Notes: generated by a model not told the origin, from the sequence alone. Positions 20,805 through 30,397 are shown, counted from the stretch's first letter. The stretch is DNA of 64,000 nt from Acidimicrobiales bacterium (GCA_047638595.1 JBLIMJ010000001.1:7768-71767), one strand, 5' to 3'. A program made the numbers and translations.

Positions 20805-23800
20805 CTAGAATACTGGTACTGCTATATAAGTAATAGTGTTGTAATAATCTCCCGATGGCTGTTCATCACCAATTTGGATTTTATATACAATATCATGAGA
20901 TTCGTTCGCGGGGGTAGATCTATACATCACTTCTTGTGGTACGGTTGAAAAAGCTGCGTATGTATCATCAGCGCCAAACCTCACATCTCCTCCCTGAAGG
21001 AGGTCATCACCAACATGATATCCGAAACAGCCTATGGCTGAAGATGGACACCCACCAGAATTCCAACCAGTTGGAGCAGCATTTGTTCCAACAACAGTCG
21101 GGACAGTTGAACCGGATGAATTTGTTAAATCTTGGTCAGTGTACATAAGAATCTGGTATCCTTCAGTAGCATTTGTGTCCACAGTCAACCTCTGTGCTGC
21201 TTCTATCTCAATATCGAAAGGTATCGACCCAAAAAGAATCGACGTTGCTGTCGTTGTTGCATCAGTAGTAATTCCTTCGGTCACTTCACCAGAATCTAAC
21301 CCTGCAAGGGTGAATACGAGACTTGATCCTTCAATTTGAACACTGGGATAGGTTGAGCTTGCTGATGCTGAAACGTCATTTGTTACGTTATAGAGTCTGA
21401 AGTAATACACCGCGTTCACACGTGGATTTTTGGGTTTTAGTGTAAATTCATACTCCATGCTCGATAATAGTGGTTGTGTATGTGTAGAAATGGTCGTTGG
21501 AATTTCATTATGTAAACCACAGCCATTACCGACACCTGCGGTACACGCATCAGCATCACTTAAAACAGCAAAATCAATAACGGCATTGTCATCACCTGCA
21601 CCATCCACATAACACCATGTAGAAGTGGCTGAACACAAGTGCGAAGCAACGACATCATACACTCCAGTACTGAAATCTACATACTCAGAGTATTGCAACT
21701 TGAATTTAACATTTATCCCAGGAGCTCTCTCAACCTCAATTGCAGTCGCGCGTAATTTTATTTCATTTTCTGGTGCAAGATTTACAGGAGTTTCTTCCTC
21801 AGCGCCTAGTGGAGTCAGAGGGGTGGCGTTTGTGGCATCATCGTACCACCGCCACTTTCCAATAACCGGCGTAAACCTTGCAGTTTGTAACGTTGGATAA
21901 TTATTGTAACCATCAAGCAGAGTCCCATCACTTTCAACCATTCGAAAACAATAATCAGAAAATTGTGTCGCCCCATTCTGTTCCACATGCCAATCATATT
22001 CAACGTCTTCTCCAACATCTATTGCATACGGATTAATCGCTGAGTTATTTTGCTCTTGGTATGTACCGGCCACATCAGAAACAGATATGTTTAAGGTCCC
22101 TGCCGCAGGAGTACTGGTAGCAACCTCCGTACCATCAACTACCGCACCATCGTATCCACGCCAGACAGTTCCACTACCAGGTGCTCCTATGTCAGTCCAA
22201 GATGAAATAGCCCCACAGGTGAGCACTCGCAAACCATATTGTAGTTTAAATACGGTTGTACTTTCCGGAAGTGTTGCATTGTTAATGCCTAATGTCATGC
22301 GTACACGAACTCGCTCACCTTCCCCCAGAGGGTCGTCAGTTTCGGTAATTGAGGTATTTTCACCCAAGTCTGAGGCTCCGACAGGCCAAGGATCGGTTGG
22401 ATCAATTGCATCATTATCTACGTAAAATCTATAGTAATTTTGCCGTATAGATGTTTCCGCTGTTGGCCACTCTACTACCTCTACTCTAAATTCCATGTCG
22501 TTATTTGTGTCACTTCGAAAAACTTCATAGCTAGTTGAGGACGCTATTGAAAAACCGGTATGTAACCGTGGATACGTAGTATCTGTACCTGCTGTTGTGT
22601 TGTTTCCAAAAATACTTGCGGTGGAGGTTTTTACTGTGCCTCCAATTGAAACACTGTAAATAGCAGGTTCAGGATCAGCATCAATGAATTCACCATCAGA
22701 TTGATAGGATGTCATCTCGCCAACACCTGTTTGTGTGTTTTCTATAACCCATGCGACCGACACGTGACTGGACGGTGTTTGTGCTGTATCTCGTAGTTCA
22801 AAAGTAACAGCTCCAATACTTGATATAAATACCAAATGACCTCCATCAGAAATAGTATTCAACCCTTCTCCAACCCGTTTTTGAGTATGCGTAAATGCTT
22901 TAGATATTGAATTAATTGCACTCATAGATTCAGTTTCTGCTGCACCAGAACTTGTATAAGTATGCTCTATTCTTTGTGTGCTCCAGTTTAAACCAGTGAA
23001 CTCAACAACAGCATATCCCAGATCAGCGCTTGAATCAGCGTCATCACGCTCAAATGTAGGCTGATTAGCAACGTCATCCCACTCGGCTGTAAAGAGACCA
23101 TCGTTATAATTCGTTGTATTTGGATCTTGATTTTGCTGTCCGGTAATAAAGACCACTACGTCAGAGTCGTCAGACACGTCAGTAACAACAGACCCTGAAT
23201 CAGTAAATTCTGTTGAGACAAGTGACACCTCACCAACTCCTCTTACTATCATTTCGTTATCAGTCCCAGGTAAACCAATGAACTCAACTATTTCCCAACT
23301 CACTTGTGTATTTGAAGTAGCAGAAGAAGGACGTGAGATAATGAAAGATGACGTGATATCACTTTGGTCAGAAATATAGGCAGTTACATCGTCTGCATTT
23401 TGGCCATTAGTACCCACATTGTTTCCTGCACCGGTTAAGTGTGCATTTGTAATACGGACAAAAGCGCTTGATGTAGCAGAAGGAGCTTCATAATCAACTC
23501 CTGCAGTAAGTGTTGTACTGGTCCCAGAGACTGTTTCTGTTCCTCTTTGAATATAAAAATCTTTTCGTTCTATAGTAGTAAGCTCTGCATAATTGTCGTA
23601 TACAGGCAGTGGGTCTCCTGACGAAGTAACCCTAAAGCAGTAATCTGTATCGTAATCTGCTTCAACATTTGTTTGGATTGAATACTCTAATTCAGTATAT
23701 TGGTTATTAAAAAGTATGATCGCTCCAGACGTGGCAGTTAACTCTCTTAATGCGCCCGTTCCAAGTAATGTGAAATTTTCCTCTGTCATTGCCCCATTTG

Positions 23801-25049
23801 CTGCGTTGTCTATATCTGTAGTATTACCATCGGATATATGTGAGCTTGTTGACATATCAAATGCACCGCCAGTTTCTCCAACGTTTATCCATGGACTTAC
23901 AAGATCACAGCTAACTGATTTAGCTCCGTATTCAAGAATATATTCAGTTGATGTTGAAGTCATACCACCTTTATTGGAAACCTGTAGACGCAAACGGTTG
24001 CTTGACTCAAGCTTAACATCTATAACAGCTGTATCTTCAGATCCGCCTGTTGCAGACGTTGCCCCTGTATCAGTTTCATCTCCATCATCATTTCTCCAGT
24101 GATAATGTGTTTGTGCGAGTTGTTCTGGGTCATTAGAAAAATCACTGGTATCGGTTGATACAGTCCCGTCACTAAATGCTCTACCGACATACGTTGACCC
24201 AGCCCCTACAGATATAGCACCAGTAGACACTACAACTCCAACAAAACGAGTACCTGCTCCTTGAGAAGGGGCACCATTTATTGCCCAAAAAATGTTTTTA
24301 GCGAGTGGGCCATTCGCTCCATTCTCAACACCATCTTCATTCTGAAGAACCATCTTAGCCTGAGCCGCTTGAGTCTTAGCTCCATTTATCTGAAAGATCC
24401 AGATATCAGTAGAACTACCTCGTAATATTAGGCCTGTAGCCATTGAAGTTGCACCAGTATAATTATATATACCACGACCTTTAACACCAGCAGCGCTGAT
24501 ATTGATAGCTGCCGCAGTTTCATCATATGGATGAGTGGTTTGATTGAGGGCATCTAAATAGGCCGCACCGGAGTCAATATTGGCAGCACTTAATTTAGCA
24601 TTATCAGCCGTGACAGTACCGGGCGTGGTAATACAGCCAACTGGAGTAGCAGGTGCAGTAATAGTATACATTCTTCCCGTTGTCATATTGGGACAGGTTA
24701 CAAGAGTGAGCCCTGCTGCGCCAGTTGGACTCACACCAATATTTCCTCCGAATGTAGAGAGGTTATCACCGGTAATCGCCGTCTTACCAATTGCAATAAA
24801 ATCAGCCGCTGATCCAATATCTATAGGAGCTGGGTTGTCCCATGGACCATAGGCAGACACATTTTGTGGAAAAAGGGAAAAAGCAAAAAAGAAAATAGCG
24901 AGTGTCACTGTCAGCAAGAAAATTTGTACAGGGGTACGGTAAAATGCGCTTGTGGATTTTACCTTCCCACTCTCTCTTTCCCCCGCTGGATTTTGATTAA
25001 AATTTGCTTGATGCATAATCTTGTTAGTATTATAGCGCTTTTTCCGCAA
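20805..25049 (-). CDS. Giant (1414 aa) membrane-anchored surface protein, N-terminal ice-binding-like (DUF3494-like) domain plus repeated beta-sandwich-like modules
   Basis: Cytoplasmic basic N-tail and TM helix; then IDIGSAADFIAIGKTAITGDNLSTFGGNIGVSPTGAAGLT (DUF3494-like); then T/S/G/D-rich modules starting HYHWRNDDGDE / YYRFYVDNDA / WRWYDDATN and ending YCFRV / YCFRM. C-terminus ...DYYNTITYIAVPVF. Confidence 0.7.
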   Translation of the reverse strand: MRKKRYNTNKIMHQANFNQNPAGERESGKVKSTSAFYRTPVQIFLLTVTLAIFFFAFSLFPQNVSAYGPWDNPAPIDIGSAADFIAIGKTAITGDNLSTFGGNIGVSPTGAAGLTLVTCPNMTTGRMYTITAPATPVGCITTPGTVTADNAKLSAANIDSGAAYLDALNQTTHPYDETAAAINISAAGVKGRGIYNYTGATSMATGLILRGSSTDIWIFQINGAKTQAAQAKMVLQNEDGVENGANGPLAKNIFWAINGAPSQGAGTRFVGVVVSTGAISVGAGSTYVGRAFSDGTVSTDTSDFSNDPEQLAQTHYHWRNDDGDETDTGATSATGGSEDTAVIDVKLESSNRLRLQVSNKGGMTSTSTEYILEYGAKSVSCDLVSPWINVGETGGAFDMSTSSHISDGNTTDIDNAANGAMTEENFTLLGTGALRELTATSGAIILFNNQYTELEYSIQTNVEADYDTDYCFRVTSSGDPLPVYDNYAELTTIERKDFYIQRGTETVSGTSTTLTAGVDYEAPSATSSAFVRITNAHLTGAGNNVGTNGQNADDVTAYISDQSDITSSFIISRPSSATSNTQVSWEIVEFIGLPGTDNEMIVRGVGEVSLVSTEFTDSGSVVTDVSDDSDVVVFITGQQNQDPNTTNYNDGLFTAEWDDVANQPTFERDDADSSADLGYAVVEFTGLNWSTQRIEHTYTSSGAAETESMSAINSISKAFTHTQKRVGEGLNTISDGGHLVFISSIGAVTFELRDTAQTPSSHVSVAWVIENTQTGVGEMTSYQSDGEFIDADPEPAIYSVSIGGTVKTSTASIFGNNTTAGTDTTYPRLHTGFSIASSTSYEVFRSDTNNDMEFRVEVVEWPTAETSIRQNYYRFYVDNDAIDPTDPWPVGASDLGENTSITETDDPLGEGERVRVRMTLGINNATLPESTTVFKLQYGLRVLTCGAISSWTDIGAPGSGTVWRGYDGAVVDGTEVATSTPAAGTLNISVSDVAGTYQEQNNSAINPYAIDVGEDVEYDWHVEQNGATQFSDYCFRMVESDGTLLDGYNNYPTLQTARFTPVIGKWRWYDDATNATPLTPLGAEEETPVNLAPENEIKLRATAIEVERAPGINVKFKLQYSEYVDFSTGVYDVVASHLCSATSTWCYVDGAGDDNAVIDFAVLSDADACTAGVGNGCGLHNEIPTTISTHTQPLLSSMEYEFTLKPKNPRVNAVYYFRLYNVTNDVSASASSTYPSVQIEGSSLVFTLAGLDSGEVTEGITTDATTTATSILFGSIPFDIEIEAAQRLTVDTNATEGYQILMYTDQDLTNSSGSTVPTVVGTNAAPTGWNSGGCPSSAIGCFGYHVGDDLLQGGDVRFGADDTYAAFSTVPQEVMYRSTPANESHDIVYKIQIGDEQPSGDYYNTITYIAVPVF

Positions 25050-25326
25050 ATAATATTTAAAGTACCCTTATCAAGACTAAGTCTCATTTGATAGTCCAGA
25101 CGGTCAGTAGAAGCTACTACATCATCATGAACCGTAACAACTCCTAAACCGTCAATAGTGGTTTCATTAATTACAGCACCTAAGTGAGGTGAATGGTAAC
25201 AGTGGGTAAGAATGGAAGATTTATGATTGACTGTAGGTCTGAAAATACTAAAACGACTGTTTTTGTATAAGTAAAAAGCATCGGTTTTTAAACCTCCATG
25301 TGTTCATGTCGGTCAGCATATACATT

Positions 25327-27393
25327 TTAACCCACTTCATTTGTAGTTGTTCCCATAAAAGGTGGTATAACTACGTCATTTATGTGTGATACATCTTCCT
25401 CTGGTTTTACTAATACTTCGGCAGTGAGTGCTGCTTCCACAGCATCCAGTGTCGACGTGGCTGCCATATCAAGTGGAGCAATGACCAAATCACCCGAAAG
25501 TAGATCGGAAGTCGTAGCTGTAGTTGGATTTGTCGACGTTCCAGCACTAGATGGAACTGTCTGGACATCTTCAGTCTCACCATCACGCGTGGATGGTTTA
25601 GCTTGAATAAGTGCCCGTGTCTCACCTGTCTGGTCAGGCTCAGGAACCTTTTCTGGCATTTCTGCAGGAAGACTTCCCAGAGCAAAAGACGATCCGGAAC
25701 CAAAATCATATCCAAGAGTGCGCACGTCCCCCACCTTATCAGTACTATCATATACAAGAACAAAACGAGGATTTGCCACACCTGAGCCATCGCTGTCAGC
25801 AATGTAGCTCACTTTCTGTGTTTTCTGGTCAAAAAGTGACACTTTCCAACCTTCAGCAAACTGCGTTTGCCACATGATGTATCCATCTCGCATCTGTGGT
25901 GTGATGTCATTCATATCATTATCAGTCAGTTGCATCACTTCTCCATTGTCCGAAAGCATTATCTCCCAATTGTCACCAATCCATGCCTGCCACATAACAA
26001 TATCTCCATACGCAACAGGTTCTGTGTTGTTGTATGTAGCATCAGTCAAATACTCAACTGAACCATCATCCACTGTGTATTGTGCAATCTGGAAACGGTC
26101 ATTTAGCATACTATGCCACACAATAGTATCTGAGATACCATCGTACTGTGGTGCGGCATCATCAACAGTATTATGTGTAATCTGAGTTGTTTTACCTCCA
26201 ATAGTGACAAATATCTCAGTATCACCGTCACTGTCAGGTGCCGAAAATACCCTGTCTTCTATATACTCTGGTGCGGTCTCAGCCTCTGAACAATAGAACG
26301 ACCCATCACCGACAGCAACACACTCCTTGTCTGAAAACTGATGTCTGTTATCGTTGCTGATTACTGTAGCTACCTCACTTACGACAGGAACTACCTTTGT
26401 GGTTGTTGATGCAACAGTTTCTTGTACTGTGGTAGCCTCAGCTGTATCCACCTCCGCAATTTCTTCGGTTGTAGATGAATCTTCTGATGATTCTCCGTCC
26501 GTCTCTGTTTCTTCTGTTTCTGTAGCGTATTCTGTCTCGCTAGTTTCTTCTGATGTAGACTCAGCAGCAGTTTCATTAGCACTTCCAGATGTGTTAGTGT
26601 CTTCAGAATTTTCCTCAGCCTGATCATTGTCAGCAACTGTTCCTTGCGTTGTAGAAGTGCCTGCAACTTCACCTACAGACCCTTCAACAGTATTACTCGA
26701 ACCTGAAAGGAGTACACTTAACTCCTCCAAATCTGTATCGTCAGCAATTTCAAGTTCAGGAGAACCGGATTCTTCAACATCATCCTCTACGGGGTCCTCA
26801 GGCCCTTCTTCAGAGTCTTCCTCTGAAGAACCTGATCCGCCTGAAATAGATTCATCTAAGGTTTCTGGCCATTCATCACCTTGTACTAAAATAGCATCTT
26901 CACCAACTGACTCTTCCATATCTTCATTTGCTTCTTCATTACTGTCTGAAAAAATGTCTACAGGCTCTTCAATATTACTTTCTGAAGGTTCATCTAAAAT
27001 TAGGTCAACCTCCTCCATTTCACCTTCTGATTCTTGTTGAGTTTCAACAACAGATTCTTTCACATCTTCAGCAACCTCTTCTCCTGGCTCTTCTTCTAGA
27101 TCTGGTGCTAACTCCGGTTCTGGTTCTGGCTCTTCTTCTAGCTCTGGTGCTAACTCCGGTTCTGGTTCTGGTGCTAACTCCGGTTCTGGTTCTGGTTCTG
27201 GTTCTAAAGCAACTTCTTCAACAGTGTCAGCCTCTATAGCAACATCCTCTGCTGCAAGCGCAGGAACTACAGGATGAAGTACAAAAAATATGAAGAGGAA
27301 CGCAACTACATACCGTACAGCAACTACATCAAATATCACGTTATATAACGTAGATTTCTGGACTCTATTTTGCTGTACGCCTGAACAACTCAT
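25327..27393 (-). CDS. Membrane-anchored secreted protein with an extreme acidic PEPEPE-type linker and a C-terminal W-rich repeat (propeller-like) region
   Basis: N-terminal TM, then PEPEPEPELAPEPEPELAPELEEEPEPEPELAPD..., a long D/E/S/T-rich region, then a repeated W..W.GD.WEI / YIMWQTQFAEGWKV motif. Confidence 0.5.
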   Translation of the reverse strand: MSCSGVQQNRVQKSTLYNVIFDVVAVRYVVAFLFIFFVLHPVVPALAAEDVAIEADTVEEVALEPEPEPEPELAPEPEPELAPELEEEPEPEPELAPDLEEEPGEEVAEDVKESVVETQQESEGEMEEVDLILDEPSESNIEEPVDIFSDSNEEANEDMEESVGEDAILVQGDEWPETLDESISGGSGSSEEDSEEGPEDPVEDDVEESGSPELEIADDTDLEELSVLLSGSSNTVEGSVGEVAGTSTTQGTVADNDQAEENSEDTNTSGSANETAAESTSEETSETEYATETEETETDGESSEDSSTTEEIAEVDTAEATTVQETVASTTTKVVPVVSEVATVISNDNRHQFSDKECVAVGDGSFYCSEAETAPEYIEDRVFSAPDSDGDTEIFVTIGGKTTQITHNTVDDAAPQYDGISDTIVWHSMLNDRFQIAQYTVDDGSVEYLTDATYNNTEPVAYGDIVMWQAWIGDNWEIMLSDNGEVMQLTDNDMNDITPQMRDGYIMWQTQFAEGWKVSLFDQKTQKVSYIADSDGSGVANPRFVLVYDSTDKVGDVRTLGYDFGSGSSFALGSLPAEMPEKVPEPDQTGETRALIQAKPSTRDGETEDVQTVPSSAGTSTNPTTATTSDLLSGDLVIAPLDMAATSTLDAVEAALTAEVLVKPEEDVSHINDVVIPPFMGTTTNEVG
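27090..27230. repeat. Tandem DNA repeat (about 42-nt unit with shorter sub-units) inside the CDS
   Basis: ggctcttcttctagctctggtgctaactccggttctggttct is repeated, followed by ggtgctaactccggttctggttct units; it encodes the PEPEPELAPE repeats. Confidence 0.7.
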
Positions 27394-27400
27394 GTGTAGT

Positions 27401-27808
27401 TTATATAGAAGACATTGTGATTACTTCTTCAGCTAGCTGAACATCAGCCGATTCGGACATGTACAAACTACTGATTCCAGCATCTATTGAGACATACAAA
27501 ACATACTGCATAAACAATAGAGCGACTGCACATAAGGCGATTAGTCCGTACAGAACGTACGAAGACATTTGCTGTAACACAGCAAAATCAGCAGGTGTAT
27601 CATTATCAACTGTTCTTCCTTTATCTTTCATGTATGCAGCAACCTCATCTTCAGTGGTTACCCACGCTACATTGTTATAGACTTGTTCTCCTTTAATTTT
27701 TCCTCCACGAATAAGCTGACCAACATAGTCAGGCGTATAATTCGCAATTTTGGCTGCTTCTTTAAGGGTAATATACCCTTTTTCTTCGGCTCTACGTTGA
27801 TCGAGCAT
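27401..27808 (-). CDS. Membrane-tethered helix-turn-helix protein (excisionase/MerR-like HTH plus a single TM)
   Basis: GYITLKEAAKIANYTPDYVGQLIRGGKIKGEQV, then the TM SSYVLYGLIALCAVALLFMQYVLYV. Lies 8 bp upstream of the 25327..27393 gene on the same strand. Confidence 0.4.
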   Translation of the reverse strand: MLDQRRAEEKGYITLKEAAKIANYTPDYVGQLIRGGKIKGEQVYNNVAWVTTEDEVAAYMKDKGRTVDNDTPADFAVLQQMSSYVLYGLIALCAVALLFMQYVLYVSIDAGISSLYMSESADVQLAEEVITMSSI

Positions 27809-27978
27809 ATCTATAAATAGTGTTAATTTACAACATATCTCGACTCCCGAGGTTCAGCCCTCGATAGCCGAGAACGTCCCCATCACACTCCTATATTGTA
27901 CCTCTCACAGAAAAATGGTTTTAGGAGTTATACACAGGCTCATTGATCTATAAAACTAAATATTCGGAAGTAAAAACT

Positions 27979-28039
27979 AACCTACAGTTTCACACTACAG
28001 GGGACATCCGATGTCTCCTGTAGTGTGAAACTGTAGGTT
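27979..28039. repeat. REP-like giant hairpin (29-bp stem, 3-nt loop), related to the hairpins flanking the Y1 transposase
   Basis: aacctacagtttcacactacaggggacat-ccg-atgtctcctgtagtgtgaaactgtaggtt, with one G-T wobble. Shares the core tacagggga...tcccctgta with 51962-51989 and 52664-52691. Lies just downstream of the T4P operon. Confidence 0.6.
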
Positions 28040-28173
28040 CACGATACATTCTCGTATTACCCCTTGATACAGCCTGGAGCGTATTAATGTCCTCCTCTAT
28101 GCTTTGTATGATGCAGTTATATATACAAAAACAAGGACCAGGAGTCCTTGTTTTTGTATGTCATTTGTTAGCA

Positions 28174-28632
28174 TTACTTTGTCACACTAATCAATTCACC
28201 GTTGTAAGTAGTTTGAGCACATACTGATACCCTTCCTGATGAACTCTGCATAACTGCATACCCTGTATAGGTGGCACTTGAGGCTGTTGGGTCAAGTGGT
28301 AAATCATTAAGGTACACTCTGCCAGAGACAAGTGGGTCTAATGAGGTTCCGGCACAAATTGTATCTACAAGACAAATATCTTCCCCATCATCTAGACAGG
28401 TAGTACCTACTGCAATACCACTCGGCAAAGCTCCACTATTATCGAGCGAATACTGAATGATGCCGTCAAGGATTGCACGTACATCACTCTGTCGCTGCAC
28501 ATTCTGTGCTTCCCCAAATTGTTTTGCAGGGTTGATAGCTACAATCACAATTGCAGCAAGTATTGCCATAATGGCAATTACTAATAGGATTTCAATGAGC
28601 GTAAATCCTGACTCTTTTTTACAAATATTCAT
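28174..28632 (-). CDS. Type IV pilin / pseudopilin (prepilin-type N-terminus)
   Basis: MNICKKESG|FTLIEILLVIAIMAILAAIVIVAINP (prepilin peptidase site with Glu at +5), and a Cys-containing C-terminal domain. Confidence 0.75.
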   Translation of the reverse strand: MNICKKESGFTLIEILLVIAIMAILAAIVIVAINPAKQFGEAQNVQRQSDVRAILDGIIQYSLDNSGALPSGIAVGTTCLDDGEDICLVDTICAGTSLDPLVSGRVYLNDLPLDPTASSATYTGYAVMQSSSGRVSVCAQTTYNGELISVTK

Positions 28633-28711
28633 TGTGCATGTTGTTTAATATACTTCAGTATACCAATACTTAAAAGTAATCTATTGTTCTTATACACACC
28701 ATGTATGTGCA

Positions 28712-29158
28712 TTATTGTGTAATAATTATTATTTTATTCTCTGAGCTTGATGCGTTTATCAGAAGCCGGCCATTGGCGGTGAGGTTTACAAAATAACCAG
28801 TTCCATTTGAAGTACATGTACTTGCACACAATGGATCAACTGGTGCACTTACAAGATACGCTTCCCCATCAGTCAACACAGACAAATCAATCACACTTGT
28901 GCAATTCAGGGCGTCGGTTGCACAAATTTCAGTTTCCACAGTTGTGATGGAGGATGGAAATGAACCTTCATTATCTGCTGCGTACTGGTAGATTGCTGAC
29001 ACAATACTAAACACATCAGACTCACGTTGCGCATCACGACTATCTGCAAGTTGTTTTGGTGGATTGATAGCAAAAATAACAATCGACGTAAGAATCGCCA
29101 TTAGAGAAATTACTAATAGGATTTCAATGAGTGTAAATCCTTTTTCCTTTTTCATGTA
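28712..29158 (-). CDS. Type IV pilin / pseudopilin, paralog of 28174..28632
   Basis: MKKEKG|FTLIEILLVISLMAILTSIVIFAINP. Start taken at the internal ATG (29158), not the ORF-track start (29281). The C-terminal domain is paralogous (QRESDV...QYAADN). Confidence 0.75.
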   Translation of the reverse strand, partial: YMKKEKGFTLIEILLVISLMAILTSIVIFAINPPKQLADSRDAQRESDVFSIVSAIYQYAADNEGSFPSSITTVETEICATDALNCTSVIDLSVLTDGEAYLVSAPVDPLCASTCTSNGTGYFVNLTANGRLLINASSSENKIIIITQ

Positions 29159-29180
29159 TGTATGCAGAGTTCTGTGCATA

Positions 29181-30389
29181 CTAGATAAGATATAAAGATA
29201 ATACATACCCCAAAACAACAAGGGTGACGACCAGAAAAGCAACAGTACCAAGCAGGGCAGTTTGGTCATGTTTAGAAGCATAGGTTTTTTTCAAAAAAGC
29301 TAAAGCGCCCTGTATGGTCTTCTTTAGATCAAATGTCATAAATGTGGGAGCTAGGGTGAGTCGTCCCTTATTTTCAGCAGCTTCATCTGCTGGAAGTAAA
29401 TTAATATGTGGCATGGTGCGATCCACTCCATACAAAGCCAAGCCTATAGTGTTCGCAAAAGATACTGGGGAGGTAACGTCTACAAAAATATCAGTATTAC
29501 GTATACGGCTATATGGATTAGCTATCGAAACTTCGACTTCAAGAGTGGCACCTATGCGAGCAACAAAGTCTTTTGTGTCTTGTAGCTGCCCAGTTATTAG
29601 AACCTTAGTGATTGTTTCCCCTGTATGTTCCAGAAAATCTTCCATAACATGTGAAATATCAGCAACAATGGAATTAATCGCCTCTTCTTTCCCCAAGGAA
29701 TCAGTACCACCAGCAGACTTCGAGGTCTTTTCATGTTCAATATCATGCTTTGAAACAAAATTTTGTAGCGCAACATATGGCGCCGCATTTTCATCAAAGG
29801 CACCTATGGTCGTGCGTCGATGACCAACATCAATAATTATATAATTATCAGATCCAAAGGATTCTGGCAACACTGCACGAGCCACTGAGAAAAAATTACT
29901 TCCTATAAAATCAATTTTTAATGCAACTTTATCAAGACAAGTAAGGTATTGGTCAACCACAGCCCTTTGTGCACCCACAAACGTCCCATATTGTGCATCA
30001 CGTATCTTTGATACGGTGAACGATGTATACAGCTCTGACAACTCAAACGGGATAACCTTAGCGGCTTCTTGAGTTATATATTGCCCATACTCCTTCTCTG
30101 ATACTTCTGATGGGATACGCACAGTATGTGACCATACTTTATCCTCAGGCAATGAGACAATAGCATGTGGTTTAATAAAATAACCCTGTACAGAAACAGG
30201 CTTTATATGGTCTAAGATATATGTACATTTTTCCACAAATAGCTCATGGTCAGTAATCAAGCCATCTGTCACTATTCCTGCAGGTAGAGAAAAATCCCCG
30301 TACGTGACGGCAGCTTTATTTTCATCTATCTGTACCACCTTGATAGCAACATCACTAATATCAAGACCAATTACATTCTTATATATCAT
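29181..30389 (-). CDS. pilM: Type IV pilus assembly protein PilM (actin-like ATPase fold) with a C-terminal TM segment
   Basis: N-terminal IGLDISDVAIKVVQI, and a C-terminal hydrophobic helix LLGTVAFLVVTLVVLGYVLSLYLI suggesting a PilM-PilN-like fusion. Confidence 0.7.
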   Translation of the reverse strand: MIYKNVIGLDISDVAIKVVQIDENKAAVTYGDFSLPAGIVTDGLITDHELFVEKCTYILDHIKPVSVQGYFIKPHAIVSLPEDKVWSHTVRIPSEVSEKEYGQYITQEAAKVIPFELSELYTSFTVSKIRDAQYGTFVGAQRAVVDQYLTCLDKVALKIDFIGSNFFSVARAVLPESFGSDNYIIIDVGHRRTTIGAFDENAAPYVALQNFVSKHDIEHEKTSKSAGGTDSLGKEEAINSIVADISHVMEDFLEHTGETITKVLITGQLQDTKDFVARIGATLEVEVSIANPYSRIRNTDIFVDVTSPVSFANTIGLALYGVDRTMPHINLLPADEAAENKGRLTLAPTFMTFDLKKTIQGALAFLKKTYASKHDQTALLGTVAFLVVTLVVLGYVLSLYLI

Positions 30390-30397
30390 ACGTTATA

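Noticed and set aside
20529-27239. Many short plus-strand ORFs overlapping the giant surface-protein genes and the acidic-linker gene
   Set aside because: They are antisense or out-of-frame artefacts of long repetitive minus-strand CDSs.
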